A stretch of 64,000 nucleotides of DNA from Chiloscyllium plagiosum (Eukaryota): assembly GCF_004010195.1 (NCBI RefSeq), contig NC_057728.1:42785552-42849551 (forward strand). Direction: 5' to 3'. Positions 62,290 to 64,000 of the stretch are shown one piece after another. The notes beneath the pieces are model-generated. The model saw nothing but the letters and a program-made list of their open reading frames with translations. It did no database searches and was not told the DNA's origin. Position 1 is the stretch's first letter. Each line of letters begins with the position of its first letter. The position numbers were made by a program, and so were the translations under genes.

Positions 62290-63270
62290 AGTATTGCTGA
62301 GAAAAAATGCATTTTGTACAAGCTTTTAATCTTATGCTCATCAGGACATTTTGCAAAAATACAAATTCAAGGGGAAATCCAACATTTATACTACAAGAGG
62401 GAAGGATGCTGATAGTTAAAGATATTGTCATCTGTTGATGTTTATTGACAGTTAACACCCAGAGTTTACTTAAATTTTAAATTAGGTAAGTTGACTTTGA
62501 TTGATCAGGCTATTGTCCTGAAAAATGTTTCAGTGTAATGCCAGATAAGGAAGGTGCACATTGCAAAGTCTGGCTGATTGCATCAAAAAACATATCCATT
62601 CAGCTGTTCACAACATGTGAGATGTTGAACATAGCCAACTAGCCCACATTTCTAAAAATAATAACACTGTGCCAAACATTAGATATGATTCTGCAGTTAG
62701 ACAACATTTTCTGGATAACCCTGAATGCTGAGAAATTATATTGCCAACCAATTTAAAGTTGCCATTAGGCTCACATTGTGGTGCATTTGCATGTACTGGA
62801 AGCTATATAATAATATGAATATATATATAAAGTATCCAATTTCCTATTCATTGCAAGCAGAAAGACCATATGTGTGTAGAAGAAGGGCTTATGTCCGAAA
62901 CGTCAATTCTCCTGCTCCTTTGATGTTGCCTGACCTGTTGCGCTTTTCCAGCAACACATTTTTCAGCATATGTGTGTATTGCCTGGTTCAACTCTATAAA
63001 ATGAGTGACAGGCATTCGCCAGTCAATTTCTCAGGGCCATGCCCTGAACAATCAGAATCAACCTACACATTTAAAATTTAAACAAAATTTTGGTGTTAAC
63101 TTTCAATCACCATTAATAGGTTCATCCTCCAGGGAAATGTTTCTACCAGTCAGAGTCTACATATCAACCAGGCAGCATTCTCCTGTCCTATTAGTTTATC
63201 CCTTGAATTGGTATTCTTGTGAATTGTCCTGATGAATGCAAGATGAAAAGCTCTAACTTTTCTCAGTACA
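62290..63270. repeat. Degenerate inverted repeat (arms about 62290-62530 and 63025-63270), each outer end with a hammerhead-like motif (family D)
   Basis: The reverse complement of ttaacacccagagtttacttaaattttaaattaggtaagttgactttgattg aligns with caatcagaatcaacctacacatttaaaatttaaacaaaattttggtgttaa; gtcctgatga is present in both arms. Confidence 0.65.
62879..62966 (+). mobile_element. 88-bp family A Penelope-derived insertion
   Basis: 12-bp TSD catatgtgtgta at 62867-62878 and 62967-62978; begins inside the hammerhead core (gaagaagggcttatgtccgaaacgtc). Confidence 0.85.
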
Positions 63271-63546
63271 TTTAACATGTGTCATATTTGATGGGACGGC
63301 ATTATCTATTCCACCCCAATTTCTCCAGTTCTTCTGTATACAGGCAGTATGGCATCAAGGTAAGCAAAGAGCCTGCAAATATTTTACCTGTTAATGCTGC
63401 CACAAAAGTGCCCTTTGCAAGGAAAAACAAAGTTGGAAAGTCTTGTCATTTATCTTGTTGCAAATAATGATTGAGTTAATCTTTCTTATAACTATTGTGT
63501 TATGTATGTGTACTGACTGTTATTGGTACCTGAAATCCATATGTAG

Positions 63547-63675
63547 AATAAGACAAAAACAGAAGGAAGGAGGCACATACTCTCCAAGGGATGCAGAAAT
63601 TATTGACACTAAATTCAAGCTGGACCAGATGATTGCAGTGACCGACCTGGAGCTAAAGGAGGAGAAGCTGACACG
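63547..63675 (+). CDS. PTPRQ: PTPRQ exon 19 in window, cytoplasmic juxtamembrane region
   Basis: atgtag / gtaagc; 129 nt, phase 2-2; [42 protein letters not shown], nearly identical to the mammalian PTPRQ juxtamembrane sequence as I recall it. Confidence 0.95.
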
Positions 63676-64000
63676 GTAAGCTTTTGAAATCCCAGCAGCC
63701 AATGAGTCATGACCCTATTCTGACCTGTACTTATTTGCAGTGCCATTATTTACTGAGATCACACTCCTTTTTGAAAGGCCAAATTCCATCATTTAGGAGC
63801 TTCATACCAGTTTAAAAAAAGCAGTCAATCTTCCTTGGGTTTAATTCTTCCAAAAAAAAAGCAACATGTTGTTTATGTCTTAAAACGGAATAAGTACACT
63901 GAAATTCAAATTGATTTCAAGAAAGATTAAAGGTTATTTGAAAAGTACATGTTTTAACATGATAAATTCTAACTATATTTTGCTCATGTGTTGGTGCAGT

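Noticed and set aside
1139..63675. Alternative identity as PTPRB, PTPRJ, PTPRO, usherin or a pseudogene
   Set aside because: The juxtamembrane [14 protein letters not shown] and GLKKFRWYRF segments match PTPRQ as I recall it, and all 19 exons join in frame with no stops.

Overview
Vertebrate genomic DNA, very probably from an elasmobranch (shark), judged by HE1-type V-SINEs and HER1/CR1 LINEs. The whole window lies inside one + strand gene, PTPRQ (receptor-type phosphatase Q). I resolved 19 internal coding exons (about 3.08 kb, all GT-AG and phase-compatible). They encode eight fibronectin type III (FN3) repeats, the membrane-proximal domain, the transmembrane helix and the start of the cytoplasmic tail; the gene start and the phosphatase domain lie outside the window. 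The introns are packed with decayed mobile elements: CR1, CR1/L2-group and Rex1/Babar LINEs, Penelope-like elements, a Gypsy LTR element, probable Harbinger remnants and several SINEs. Most ORFs in the supplied track are fragments of these elements or noise. Four observations stand out. (1) At least four short Penelope-derived repeat families carry minimal type I hammerhead ribozyme cores with different self-complementary stem III motifs (ACGU, AGCU, AAGCUU), often inside fold-back insertions with target-site duplications (TSDs). (2) One insertion has tandem junctions exactly at the predicted ribozyme cleavage site. (3) Two FN3 repeats of mammalian PTPRQ, as I recall that sequence, appear to be absent. 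(4) A near-perfect 282-bp inverted duplication brackets one exon. Family names and comparisons with human PTPRQ are from memory, not from database searches.
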